Below, piece after piece: positions 22,063 through 31,980 of a stretch of DNA of 64,000 nucleotides; the first letter of the stretch is position 1; each line of letters begins with the position of its first letter. The DNA comes from an uncultured Pseudomonadota bacterium (GTDB taxonomy: Bacteria; Pseudomonadota; Alphaproteobacteria; RF32; CAG-239). The stretch is from NCBI GenBank assembly GCA_902494875.1, contig CABUUO010000001.1:192295-256294 (forward strand). The letters run 5' to 3'. A model generated the notes under the pieces. It worked only from the letters and a program-made list of their open reading frames with translations. It searched no databases and was not told the DNA's origin. The translations under genes and the position numbers were made by a program.

Positions 22063-24690
22063 CTATATGATTTTATTTCTCCGCTGCAAAATCAGATAGG
22101 ATGACATATTCCGGCTCTGATCTTCATCCAGATGAACTATCGGAAGATTTTTCTCCCGCATTTCGCGTTTGTGTTGAGAAAAGGCTTCTTTCTGTTCCTG
22201 GTAACGGCGCTGCGTTTCTATCCTTCTGCGCTCAAGACGCTGGCGGGATCTTTCGCTGTAACGTGCCTCTATCAGATTGCTGAACTCATAATCCTGACGG
22301 TTCTTAATGATATTGTAAATCCGCTGATAGTGTTCAAAATCAATGACGGACTCTTTTTCTTCTCCCATACGGTGAAACTGATAAAAGCGGCCTTTGCCGT
22401 TGTTTCCGTCAGGGCGGTATCCGTTAATAATGGAAGTAATTTCCAGAAACTCGGGAACCTTTTCCATATGCTCGACCGGAATGTGCATTTTTTTGCGCCA
22501 GTTGGGATAAGCCTTGTCGCCCAAGATGCACAGCGGCGTTTCCTGTTCGGAAATGTCCAACTCCTTAATGCCCGGAATATTGCCCATTTCCTTGGTACAG
22601 AAAATATCCGAAAAAGGAATGAGCATAACGGCAGAATTGCTTTGCCCCAGATAGTCGGCTACGGCCTGAACATATTTTTCGGGAATATAGCTGGCTTCCA
22701 CCCGCGGATTGCGGCTCGGGCGGCCGCCTACCCGTTCCCAGCTTCCGGTTTCGCTCAAAGCCCAGTTCAGAGCCTCTCTCTGCGTGGCATATTGTTCAAA
22801 CTTGTCATTAGCCTGCGCTTCGTTTAAGAAACCGTATTTTCTCTTTTGATAAATTCCCTGAACGTTCCACTGCCCCATAACCGTTTCCGTATCATGCGTA
22901 GAAGTGGCGCAGACGGATGCCTGAGGATATTCGTCCGGGTGGTGCATGGCATTACTGCCATAACCGCTTTTGAAACCCCATTCGCGCTCAAAAGGCAGTA
23001 CCCGGTATGAAAGGATTCCGAAATCTTCAAGTTTTTCACGGAAACCCAAAGGCAGTTCGCCCAAATCCTCACCGATAATCATGGTTTTGTTCAGATGGCT
23101 TTCCAAAGCAACCATAGCCATCAGTTCATCAGGATTATAATAAATGAAAGTGCCTTCAAGTTCATTTTTGCCTTCAGGAATCATATAAAGGCGCTGTAGC
23201 TGCAAAACATGGTCAATGCGGATGCAGCCCGCATATTTCATATTGGCTTCCAAAATTTTGCGATACGGCTCATATCCGGCTTCCTGAAGTTTACGGGGAT
23301 TGAAACCCAAAATGTTCCAGTTCTGGCCGCTCTGGCTCAAAATGTCCGGGGGCGCACCGGCAGAAGCGCGCAAATAGAGTTCCGGATGGCGCCAGGCTTC
23401 AAAGCCTTTGCAGGAACAACCTACGGCTGCATCCGTATAAAGACCGATGCTCATGCCCGAGTTAAGGCAGGCTTCCTGAACCTTTTGCAGCTGATGGTTA
23501 ACAATCCATTGCGTATATTTGTAGTAGTTGATAGCGTCGCGGTTCTGTTCTCTGAAACGCGTTACGAATTCAGAGTTATAATCCTTATATTCCCGCGGCC
23601 ATTGCTGCCAGGTCACCGGCGCCGGATCCTGCTTGGACATCAGACGGCTTAAAGCGCGAAACGTAGCATAACTTTCCAGATCATCGCCCAAATCGTCACA
23701 GAACACGCAAAAACGCTTATATTCTTCAGTTTTTTTGTCAGAAATGAATTTGGCAAAACAACGGCTCAGAATGTCATCTACCAGCATTTGGGTCGTAGCA
23801 TAGTCAACATAGCCTTTGCGGCGGTTGCGGGTCACTTTTTCCTGAAACTCGGGGCTGTTGTAATAATCCTGAATTTCCTTGGAAGATTTAAACTCTTCGG
23901 TTGCCGTGACATCGACGTAAATGTAGTTGAAAAACTGCCTACTGTCCGGTTCATAAGGACTGGCATTTTCCGGCTGATCGTCACGCATGGCGTGCAGCGG
24001 ATTGACGCCGAGAATGCCGGCGCCGTGACGACCGAGAATATTGCCGATCTGCGCCAGATCGCTGTAATTGCCGATGCCGAGATTGTTTTCGGAAACCTGT
24101 TCATAAAGCTGAACCGGCACACCCCAGGTTTTTTTGCCTTCTTTGACACCAATGCGGTCATAGCATTTTTCCGGCGCGGATATCAGACGCGAATTCTGAC
24201 TGACAGTCTTTCCGTCGCGGTTCTGATAATCAAACTCAATATTATGGTAACCAAGTTTCACCTCAAAAGGAAACCTGAATTTGTATTTGTGATATACAAC
24301 ACCGTCAATTTCGCGCGAGCAGCCGTCATTCCTGAGCTGCTCCAACTCGGCAACGGGCGTTTCTCCGGTATAGGTATTCTTACCGTCTTCCATCAGTTTC
24401 CAATGAATCTTGTCCACACCTTCCGGCAACGAAATCGTTATATCGTTTACACGATTGCGCCGCATAATCGGAACATGGTGCATAATGCTCAGAAAATCTG
24501 CATCTTTGTGTTCTTTAATCAACTGATCGAGAAGGTTTTTATTATTAAAGATATTGTCTCTGTCATTCAGATCAAAATCTTTGCTTAATATTCCCATTGC
24601 TTGAAGAAGGTAGACCTTATTTTCGACACTCGTCCGCATTTCAATGCCGGACAAGTGTGCCAACCGGCATATTTGTTCATCAAGTATCAT
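22063..24690 (-). CDS. malQ: 4-alpha-glucanotransferase (amylomaltase, GH77) with a long N-terminal extension
   Basis: 875 aa. The C-terminal two-thirds carry GH77-like motifs (YVDVTATEEF, IGEDLGELP). The N-terminal ~250 aa are unassigned. Confidence 0.75.
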   Translation of the reverse strand: MILDEQICRLAHLSGIEMRTSVENKVYLLQAMGILSKDFDLNDRDNIFNNKNLLDQLIKEHKDADFLSIMHHVPIMRRNRVNDITISLPEGVDKIHWKLMEDGKNTYTGETPVAELEQLRNDGCSREIDGVVYHKYKFRFPFEVKLGYHNIEFDYQNRDGKTVSQNSRLISAPEKCYDRIGVKEGKKTWGVPVQLYEQVSENNLGIGNYSDLAQIGNILGRHGAGILGVNPLHAMRDDQPENASPYEPDSRQFFNYIYVDVTATEEFKSSKEIQDYYNSPEFQEKVTRNRRKGYVDYATTQMLVDDILSRCFAKFISDKKTEEYKRFCVFCDDLGDDLESYATFRALSRLMSKQDPAPVTWQQWPREYKDYNSEFVTRFREQNRDAINYYKYTQWIVNHQLQKVQEACLNSGMSIGLYTDAAVGCSCKGFEAWRHPELYLRASAGAPPDILSQSGQNWNILGFNPRKLQEAGYEPYRKILEANMKYAGCIRIDHVLQLQRLYMIPEGKNELEGTFIYYNPDELMAMVALESHLNKTMIIGEDLGELPLGFREKLEDFGILSYRVLPFEREWGFKSGYGSNAMHHPDEYPQASVCATSTHDTETVMGQWNVQGIYQKRKYGFLNEAQANDKFEQYATQREALNWALSETGSWERVGGRPSRNPRVEASYIPEKYVQAVADYLGQSNSAVMLIPFSDIFCTKEMGNIPGIKELDISEQETPLCILGDKAYPNWRKKMHIPVEHMEKVPEFLEITSIINGYRPDGNNGKGRFYQFHRMGEEKESVIDFEHYQRIYNIIKNRQDYEFSNLIEARYSERSRQRLERRRIETQRRYQEQKEAFSQHKREMREKNLPIVHLDEDQSRNMSSYLILQRRNKII

Positions 24691-24963
24691 ATTTTCAAAA
24701 ATCCAAAATAGTTATTTACAATGCCCAAAATGTACTATTCGTACGTTTTTTTGTCAATCAAAATCAGCAGACCGACGGCCGCTGCCGCGCAGCTTTCAGG
24801 TTTTGTTCCATACGGGCTTGAGTTTCCTCGCATATTTGCCTTTTTACCGCGAAAAACAAAAAACGACGCTGTGTATAAACAAGTATCTAAAATATATATT
24901 CGATTGCCTTAATTTAAAGTCTGGAGTAAACATAAGTTTGTCAAAATTTCAGTTGAGGAAAAA

Positions 24964-26025
24964 ATGGATATTTTGCTGGAAAAAGCCCAAAACGAACACG
25001 AACTTACCAGGAAAGAACTGACGGTTCTGCTGCAACCCGAATACCCCCTGCCCGATTTGCTGTCTGCCGCAGACAAAGTCCGTAAAAAATATGTCGGCGA
25101 CGAAATACATCTGCGCGGCTTAATCGAATTTTCCAATTTCTGCAAAAATAACTGCCTTTACTGCGGGCTGCGCCGCGACAACAAGCACATCCAACGTTAC
25201 CGCATTGACATTCAGACTATTCTGGAACTGGCTTCACATGCCAAGAACATCGGTCTGAAGACCGTGGTTCTGCAATCGGGCGAAGATATGTGGTTTTCCA
25301 CCGAAAAAATGGTTGAAATCATCCGCGGCATCAAAGCCATGGGGCTGGCTCTGACTTTGAGCATCGGCGAGAAAAGCCGCGAGGAATACAAAGCCTATCG
25401 CAAAGCCGGTGCCGACCGCTTCTTAATCCGCATTGAAACCACGGACAAGAAACTCTATGAAGACAATGATCCCGGAATGAGCTGGGAAAAACGCCGGCAA
25501 TGTATGCTTGACCTGAAAGAGCTCGGCTTCGAGCTCGGCTCCGGCTGTCTGGTCGGACTGCCGGGACAAACACTTGAATCCCTGGCCGATGATATTTTAT
25601 TCTTTAAGGAAACAAGCTGCGACATGATCGGCATCGGCCCTTTTATTCCACATCCGATGACACCGTTGAAAAATGCCGAAGGCGGAAAACTGGAGCCGGC
25701 TCTGCGCGTTATGGCCTTGACACGGCTGCTGCTTCCGGATATTAACATTCCAGCAACAACCGCCATGGAAACGCTGGCGCCTAACGGACAAACCCTGGCT
25801 CTGCAAGGCGGCGCCAACGTAATTATGCCCAACGTAACGCTGACTGCATACCGGCAGCACTATCAGTTGTATCCGGGCAAGACCACGACCGGATATACGC
25901 CGGATGAAAGCCTGAAAAAAGTCATTGCCAAAATAGAAAGCCTCGGGCGCAAAATAGGCACCGGCGCCGGACAAAGTCCCAAATGGCTGAAAGAACAGAA
26001 TACGGAAAAAAAACACGATGATTGA
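24964..26025 (+). CDS. hydE: radical-SAM [FeFe]-hydrogenase maturase HydE-like
   Basis: 353 aa; LIEFSNFCKNNCLYCGLRRDN CxxxCxxC cluster; VVLQSGED, GLPGQT and IGIGPFIPHP blocks match HydE (BioB/PylB/HydE subfamily) as I remember it. Confidence 0.6.
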   Translation: MDILLEKAQNEHELTRKELTVLLQPEYPLPDLLSAADKVRKKYVGDEIHLRGLIEFSNFCKNNCLYCGLRRDNKHIQRYRIDIQTILELASHAKNIGLKTVVLQSGEDMWFSTEKMVEIIRGIKAMGLALTLSIGEKSREEYKAYRKAGADRFLIRIETTDKKLYEDNDPGMSWEKRRQCMLDLKELGFELGSGCLVGLPGQTLESLADDILFFKETSCDMIGIGPFIPHPMTPLKNAEGGKLEPALRVMALTRLLLPDINIPATTAMETLAPNGQTLALQGGANVIMPNVTLTAYRQHYQLYPGKTTTGYTPDESLKKVIAKIESLGRKIGTGAGQSPKWLKEQNTEKKHDD

Positions 26026-27382
26026 ATATAACCTGATAAAGAAAGATTTGAAAGCCATCGCCAAACTGGCGCTGCCGATTACCACCGCCTTTGTCGCCAT
26101 GGGCATTATGGGGATTGTCGACACCATGATTGTCGGTAACTACAATACCGACCAACTGGCCTACATCGGGCTGGCCAATTCTATTTTTGTGGTTTTATTC
26201 ACCATTCCGATCGGTTTGTTGCAGGGCGTTTTGATTAAATCCTCACAGAAATTCGGCGCCCGCAAATTCAAGTCCTGCGGAAAAATTTACAACGAAGGCA
26301 AAAAATATCTGATTGTCTTGTCGTTTATCTTTACGCTTATCGGCATCAACGGCCGGCTGATATTGAAACTGCTCGGACAGGACGCCGATATGGCCGCGCA
26401 CGCGGGAAAGGTTTTGAGCGTGTTTGTCTTTTCCATTCCCTTTATTCTGATTTATGTCAACGCCAATTTCTTTTTACAGTCGATAAAGCGTCCGTATGTG
26501 GCCATGTATGCCATTTTGGCGGCCAACATTCTCAACATTATAATTAACCCGGTTCTGGTATACGGAAAATTCGGTTTTCCGGAACTGGGCGCCGTGGGTT
26601 CGGCTACCTCTACGCTGATTGTCCGCATTTTTCTCGCGCTTTATATGCTCTATTATATCCGACGGATGCGTCTGAATCCCAAGCTGAACAGACGTTTCGG
26701 CCTTGACCGCTCCTATGACACCTGGTGGAACGACAGCCGGACAACGCGGAAAATCGGCTACGGCGTGGCAATTACCACAGTCGCCACCAACGGTTCCTTT
26801 TCCGCGGTCAGCACCTTTGCCGGCTGGATGGGACAGCATACCATGGCCACCTTTGTGATTATGATCAACATCAGCACCATGGTATTTATGATCTGTTTTT
26901 CAATCTCGCAGGCCACATCCATTGTTGTTGCCAACGCTTTCGGCCGCAGGGACAAAGACGGCATTATGACCGGTGCATTGTCCGGCTTTATCATTATGAT
27001 GGGGGTGTTGCTGATGCTTGAAACGCTGATTTTGAGTTTTCCCAATCAGATTTTCGGCATCTTTACCAATGACCCGACAGTTATGGTCGTTATTCACGCT
27101 CTGATATTTTATCTGATGGCCGACGTTTTTATCGACGCTCTGCCGTTGACGGTTATGGGAACGCTGAACGGCCGCAGCGACGTCAAGATTCCCACTATTT
27201 TTCAGATTATCTCATTTTTGGGCGTAAGAATCTCCGCCTGCTACCTTCTGGCGTTTCAATTTGAACTCGGGCTTAAAGGACTGATTATCGGCCTGGCCTG
27301 CGGCGGCGCGTCTTCCCTGCTTCTAAACGGCAGCCGGTTTGTATATCTGCGACGCCGGGACAATTTGTACGGATTAAAATAA
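26018..27382 (+). CDS. MATE-family efflux transporter
   Basis: 454 aa with 12 predicted TM; N-terminal LAxPI-type MATE motif (AKLALPITTAF). It overlaps hydE by 8 nt. Confidence 0.8.
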   Translation: MIEYNLIKKDLKAIAKLALPITTAFVAMGIMGIVDTMIVGNYNTDQLAYIGLANSIFVVLFTIPIGLLQGVLIKSSQKFGARKFKSCGKIYNEGKKYLIVLSFIFTLIGINGRLILKLLGQDADMAAHAGKVLSVFVFSIPFILIYVNANFFLQSIKRPYVAMYAILAANILNIIINPVLVYGKFGFPELGAVGSATSTLIVRIFLALYMLYYIRRMRLNPKLNRRFGLDRSYDTWWNDSRTTRKIGYGVAITTVATNGSFSAVSTFAGWMGQHTMATFVIMINISTMVFMICFSISQATSIVVANAFGRRDKDGIMTGALSGFIIMMGVLLMLETLILSFPNQIFGIFTNDPTVMVVIHALIFYLMADVFIDALPLTVMGTLNGRSDVKIPTIFQIISFLGVRISACYLLAFQFELGLKGLIIGLACGGASSLLLNGSRFVYLRRRDNLYGLK

Positions 27383-27472
27383 AGACAGGCAATCTCATAA
27401 TATTACGCTGTACACTCGGCTCTTCACGATACGGTAATGAAATTTACTTATAAAAAATTGCCGTTCATACCC

Positions 27473-27508
27473 AAAAAAAGCGGCAGTATTAAATACTGCC
27501 GCTTTTTT
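27473..27508. terminator. bidirectional terminator between MATE(+) and the flavodiiron gene(-)
   Basis: A7-GCGGCAGTA-TTAAA-TACTGCCGC-T6, perfect 9-bp stem. Confidence 0.65.
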
Positions 27509-27523
27509 ATTTCTTCCGCTTGT

Positions 27524-28702
27524 TCAGGCTATCATTTCCTTAACGCGTTCTTTTATTTTTTCGACCACGTCGGACTTCGGCGTATATTTTTCTTCAAACG
27601 GAGCGACGGTTTCCCAGCCCAAAGCCTCAAACACGGCTTGAATATTATTGACGACGCCCGGTTTCCAGCCATAAGACCCAAAGGCAAAACCTTTTTTGTT
27701 TTTCGGCTGCAAACCTTTCATATAGGTCAGAAATGCGGCAACTCTCGGGAAAAGCTCGTTATTCAGGGTCGGTGAACCCACGCAGACATATTTGGCGTCA
27801 AGAAAATCGACCATAACTTCAGACACGTCTTTGTTGCTCAGGCAGTATTTGACCACCGGAACGCCGGCATCCTGAAATACGGACATTACGGCATCGGCCA
27901 AAGTGGCAGTAGCTCCCCACATCGTATCATAAACGATTACGGCTTTGCCCTCGTCTTTGCCGCTCGCCCATTTGCCGTAAGCGGCAAGAATGGCGGAAAC
28001 CTCTTTTTCGCCGGACCAGATACAACCGTGTGACGGAGCAATCATCTCAATGTCCAAACCAAGATCACCGGCAGTATTCAGGGCTTTTTCCGCCTGAGCG
28101 CCATAAGGAAACAGAATGTTGGCATAGTAGCTCTGGGCTTCACGCATAACGACATCAAACTTGGCGTCTTTTACAAACAGAGCGTCGGTGCAATAATGCT
28201 GACCGAAACCGTCGTTTGAAAGCAAAAGCTTGTCTTCCTTGACATAGGTCATCATTGAATCCGGCCAGTGCAGCATCGGGGTGGTTACAAACTCCAGACT
28301 GCGTTTGCCGATTGACAAAGAATCGCCGGTTTTGACAATTACATATTCCCAGCCGGCCGTGTCAAAATGATCTTCCAAAGCGCGTTTGCCCATGGCATTG
28401 GTTACGATTTTGGCCTGCGGCGCCAGCTTCATGAGCGCCGGAACACTACCCGAATGGTCTTGCTCAACGTGGTTAACGACGATATAATCAATTTTGGAAA
28501 AATCAACCAAGCTCTGAATGCGCGCCAGCTGTTCGTCCGTCAGATAATGCTTGACGCCGTCAACCAGCGTAATTTTGTCATCCATAATCAGATATGAATT
28601 ATAGGTTGAGCCGTGCGGGGTCTTATATCCATGAAATTCCACAAGATTCCAGTCCTTTACGCCAACCCAGTAGACGTCTTTTTTTACTTCAACAGCATTC
28701 AT
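27524..28702 (-). CDS. flavodiiron protein (FprA/ROO family)
   Basis: 392 aa; a metallo-beta-lactamase-like diiron domain with the H-x-E-x-D-H motif (HVEQDH), then a flavodoxin-like domain. Confidence 0.8.
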   Translation of the reverse strand: MNAVEVKKDVYWVGVKDWNLVEFHGYKTPHGSTYNSYLIMDDKITLVDGVKHYLTDEQLARIQSLVDFSKIDYIVVNHVEQDHSGSVPALMKLAPQAKIVTNAMGKRALEDHFDTAGWEYVIVKTGDSLSIGKRSLEFVTTPMLHWPDSMMTYVKEDKLLLSNDGFGQHYCTDALFVKDAKFDVVMREAQSYYANILFPYGAQAEKALNTAGDLGLDIEMIAPSHGCIWSGEKEVSAILAAYGKWASGKDEGKAVIVYDTMWGATATLADAVMSVFQDAGVPVVKYCLSNKDVSEVMVDFLDAKYVCVGSPTLNNELFPRVAAFLTYMKGLQPKNKKGFAFGSYGWKPGVVNNIQAVFEALGWETVAPFEEKYTPKSDVVEKIKERVKEMIA

Positions 28703-28796
28703 CAGTGCTCTCCTTATTGTCTGAACATATTAATTTGTTGATATAAGCTTTAATATTTAAAATGTTAGTTGACAAGAATAAATTTAAGCTATAAAC

Positions 28797-28815
28797 AATA
28801 ATGAGAATTGTTATT
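28797..28815 (+). promoter_or_regulatory. Fur/PerR-box-like operator in the perR promoter region
   Basis: AATAATGAGAATTGTTATT matches the 19-bp Fur-box consensus GATAATGATAATCATTATC at 14 of 19 positions. It lies just downstream of TTGACA (28769-28774) and TATAAA (28790-28795) and upstream of the perR-rbr start. Confidence 0.4.
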
Positions 28816-28833
28816 AGTTTTAAACAAGAAGCC

Positions 28834-29217
28834 ATGAAATATTCAAGACAACGAGAACTGATATTAAAAACTCTCAAAGAAAATCCGGTCCATCCGACAG
28901 CGGATTTTGTTTATGAGCTTTTAAGAAAAGAATTGTCCAGCATCAGCCTGGCGACGGTTTACCGCAACTTGAACCAATTGGCCGAAAACGGAATTATTAA
29001 GAAAGTGCCCGGCCTGGACGGAAGCATACATTTTGATCATTCTATCCACCCGCACTATCATTTTATTTGCACAAAGTGCAATAAGGTATATGATGTACCT
29101 TATGACGTTGCTCCCAATCCGGCTGAAAAGCTCTATGAGCGAACCGGCCTGACTGCGGAAAGCTGCGATCTCTCTTTCAAAGGAATTTGCAAAGACTGCC
29201 GCAAGGATTTTAACTAA
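28834..29217 (+). CDS. perR: Fur-family peroxide regulator (PerR-like)
   Basis: The likely start is [14 protein letters not shown]; the track ORF starts 33 nt upstream. It carries a winged-helix region, HYHFIC, and CxxC...CxxC zinc sites. Confidence 0.75.
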   Translation: MKYSRQRELILKTLKENPVHPTADFVYELLRKELSSISLATVYRNLNQLAENGIIKKVPGLDGSIHFDHSIHPHYHFICTKCNKVYDVPYDVAPNPAEKLYERTGLTAESCDLSFKGICKDCRKDFN

Positions 29218-29236
29218 CTTATTTGGAGAAAAAATA

Positions 29237-29779
29237 ATGGAACTTAAAGGCTCTAAAACTGAAAAAAACCTCATGGACGCATTTGCCGGCGAATCTATGG
29301 CTCGCAACAAATATACCTATTATGCGTCCAAGGCCAAGAAGGAAGGCTACAACATTATTGCAGACAAATTCGAACAGACTGCAAACAATGAAAAAGAACA
29401 TGCCAAATTGTGGTTCAAACTGTTGCACAACAATGAAGTTCCCGACACTATTACCAATTTGAAAGACGCTGCAGCCGGCGAAAACTACGAATGGACAGAC
29501 ATGTATGCCCGCATGGCCAAAGAGGCCGAAGAAGAAGGCTTTACCAAAATTGCCTATCTGTTCAAAGCCGTCGGCGAAATTGAAAAAGGCCATGAAGAAA
29601 GATATCAGGCTCTGTTGGACTCCCTGTGCGAAGGCAAAATTTTTGAACGCCCGACCAAAGTTATCTGGGAATGCGGCAACTGCGGCCACCGTGTAGAATC
29701 TCCGAAAGCTCCGGCCAAATGCCCGGTTTGCGATCACCCGCAGGCTTATTTCTTCCAGTTACAGGAACAGGAATTCTAA
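29237..29779 (+). CDS. rbr: rubrerythrin
   Basis: 180 aa; N-terminal ferritin-like diiron domain with EKEHAKLW; C-terminal rubredoxin-like CGNCGH...CPVCDHP. Confidence 0.9.
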   Translation: MELKGSKTEKNLMDAFAGESMARNKYTYYASKAKKEGYNIIADKFEQTANNEKEHAKLWFKLLHNNEVPDTITNLKDAAAGENYEWTDMYARMAKEAEEEGFTKIAYLFKAVGEIEKGHEERYQALLDSLCEGKIFERPTKVIWECGNCGHRVESPKAPAKCPVCDHPQAYFFQLQEQEF

Positions 29780-29795
29780 TTTAGGAAAGAACATG

Positions 29796-29828
29796 AAAAA
29801 AGCCTCTCGTTTGAGAGGCTTTTTTTTA
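29796..29828. terminator. bidirectional terminator between rbr(+) and the 506-aa ORF(-)
   Basis: A5-AGCCTCTC-GTTT-GAGAGGCT-T7. Confidence 0.65.
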
Positions 29829-31346
29829 TTTCCCGGCATTGCCGCGATTGGCGGCGCGAACAATCTGCAACGGTTTGAGCAGCTTTTCCGTCAATCCTTT
29901 GGCAGGAGAAACCTTGTCTGCCGCCTTTTCATTTTTCGGCAGAACAATTTTTACCTCTTTGGTGTAGTCTTTCGGATCTTCCGGAACTAACAAACAGCGT
30001 TCGGCGTTCAGAACCTGTCCGACCGGACTGGCAATAAATTTTTTATGAAAGTCTTTCCAAACATACAGACGTTTGGCATCGTCCGGTTCGTTCAAGGCCT
30101 GGCTGACCTGGGCGCTCATTACCGAAAGATTGCTGTTGACCAGTTTCTGGGTCAGATTCTTATAAGGGCTGTTTTCGGGAAGTTTGGCATTGTCGACCGG
30201 TTTGGCAAAATGGCGTGCCAGTTTTTTCCAGCTCAGAGATATTTTGCTGTTCAGATATCCCAAATCAATGAACGTAACGACCGAACGATAGACTTTTTTC
30301 AGAGAGCCGAGCAGATTTTCTTTAAATGTTTTCAACGCTTTGGGCTGTTCTTTCAAAAAACGGAATAATGACGGCGCCTTGACTTTTGCCGCAGGATTAT
30401 TGTTATGCACGGCTTGGGCAATATTGGAAGCGGCATAGGAACTGACGCCCACATTGCCGGCGATGATGCCCATATTCGGCGCTTTAGCCAACGGGCGTAA
30501 TACCATAAAAGCATCGGGATATGTTTTGGAAATCTTTTTATCCAGCAGCAAAACCTTATCGGTCAGGGCTTTGGAGGCTGTATGTTCCCGCATTTGAGAA
30601 GCCGCGTTATCCAAACGGTTTACCTCGGCGAGCTGTGTGCCGATGATGTTGACGTTACTCAGCTTAAACTTGGCTTTGTTGTTCGGATTGATGATCGCTT
30701 CAAAACGTTTTTCCACCTCATTGGCAATTCTGGCCTTTTCCTGAATGGAAAGCTGACTGTGCTTGGTATGTGAAACATTTTCGACAATCTGGTTGGAAAC
30801 CATAACAAAGACATTTTCCTCCATAGCCATAACAAAGGCTTTGGCATAGGCGTCTTTCTGTTCTTCCGGTTTCAGTCTGGCAAAATTTTTATTCAGGCAG
30901 ATTTCCTTCAAGGCACTGACGCGAGCGATTTCAGCATTCTGCGCAAACAGATTTTCAGTCTTTACCGGTTCGGCAGAAGGCTTGTTCTCAACTTCAACAC
31001 GTTTATAAAAATTGAAAACAGGCAGCAAAGACTTTTGCAACGAACGATCCAGCGTATCAAAATTAAAGAGACTGAAATCCGGTTCTTTGTTTTTTCCGAC
31101 AACCAAACCGATGCTTTGTTCCACGGCCTTTACGGCTGCCATATTGTTATTGATGGCAGTCTGCATTTCCAAAGATTTTTGAGACAGTCCCAGCCCGGCC
31201 GCCGTATTTTGAAAAATGACCAGATACTGTAATGCCCGCGGATCATTGGAGGAAGACAGAACATCTTTAATCTGCCACAAAACTTCAATGTCCAATTCGT
31301 TCAGACGGTCGCTTTCAATCAGTTGTATTGCGTCTTTAACATCCAT
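29826..31346 (-). CDS. hypothetical protein, 506 aa
   Basis: Track ORF, bounded by terminators at both ends; no recognisable domain. Confidence 0.55.
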   Translation of the reverse strand: MDVKDAIQLIESDRLNELDIEVLWQIKDVLSSSNDPRALQYLVIFQNTAAGLGLSQKSLEMQTAINNNMAAVKAVEQSIGLVVGKNKEPDFSLFNFDTLDRSLQKSLLPVFNFYKRVEVENKPSAEPVKTENLFAQNAEIARVSALKEICLNKNFARLKPEEQKDAYAKAFVMAMEENVFVMVSNQIVENVSHTKHSQLSIQEKARIANEVEKRFEAIINPNNKAKFKLSNVNIIGTQLAEVNRLDNAASQMREHTASKALTDKVLLLDKKISKTYPDAFMVLRPLAKAPNMGIIAGNVGVSSYAASNIAQAVHNNNPAAKVKAPSLFRFLKEQPKALKTFKENLLGSLKKVYRSVVTFIDLGYLNSKISLSWKKLARHFAKPVDNAKLPENSPYKNLTQKLVNSNLSVMSAQVSQALNEPDDAKRLYVWKDFHKKFIASPVGQVLNAERCLLVPEDPKDYTKEVKIVLPKNEKAADKVSPAKGLTEKLLKPLQIVRAANRGNAGK

Positions 31347-31430
31347 AACCTTGGGTCTCCATCCTGTTTATTGAATGCCATAATATACTATTTTTGAGTA
31401 TAAATCAACCGCTTTTGTCAATTTTTTCTA

Positions 31431-31468
31431 AAAAAAGGTCTCCGATGACACCACCGGAGACCTTTCTT
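31431..31468 (-). terminator. intrinsic terminator downstream of cspA-like gene
   Basis: GGTCTCCG/CGGAGACC stem; the minus-strand transcript carries a T7 run after the hairpin. Confidence 0.5.
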
Positions 31469-31488
31469 TGAAAGTAATATGGAACAAC

Positions 31489-31692
31489 TTAAGCCAACTT
31501 CAAATTACCGGCTACGGTTTTTCCTCTTTCGGTCAGAAGTTCGTAAGCGATTTTTGCGCCTTCGTCCAAGCTTCTCAGACCGGCTTTCTGAACTGCGGAA
31601 ATATGCACAAACACATCGCTGCCGCCTTCGTCAGGGGTAATAAAACCATAACCCTTTTTGTTGTTAAACCATTTTACTGTTCCTGTTGCCAT
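31489..31692 (-). CDS. cold-shock protein (CspA family)
   Basis: MATGTVKWFNNKKGYGFITPDEGGSDVFVHISAV; the track ORF has a 6-aa N-terminal extension. Confidence 0.85.
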   Translation of the reverse strand: MATGTVKWFNNKKGYGFITPDEGGSDVFVHISAVQKAGLRSLDEGAKIAYELLTERGKTVAGNLKLA

Positions 31693-31980
31693 AACTTTTA
31701 TCCTTTGCATTAACAGGTTAATCCATTCAAATATAACTATTCAAGATGTGGTTAAGCTGCTTGGCCAAGACAAAGTTTTGTTATGGTATCAACATTAAAA
31801 GACTTAACTTTTAAAACCACCGAATTTAGTTATGGTTTGAGTCTAATATAACTAAATTAATTTGCAAGTGGTTTTTGATTACTTTTTTATCCGCAACGAA
31901 TGTATATATTGTCTTTGCCGCAATCGCAATTATATCTGTTTCGGTTTACTTCCAAACAACAGACTGAGAAAGGATATCAC

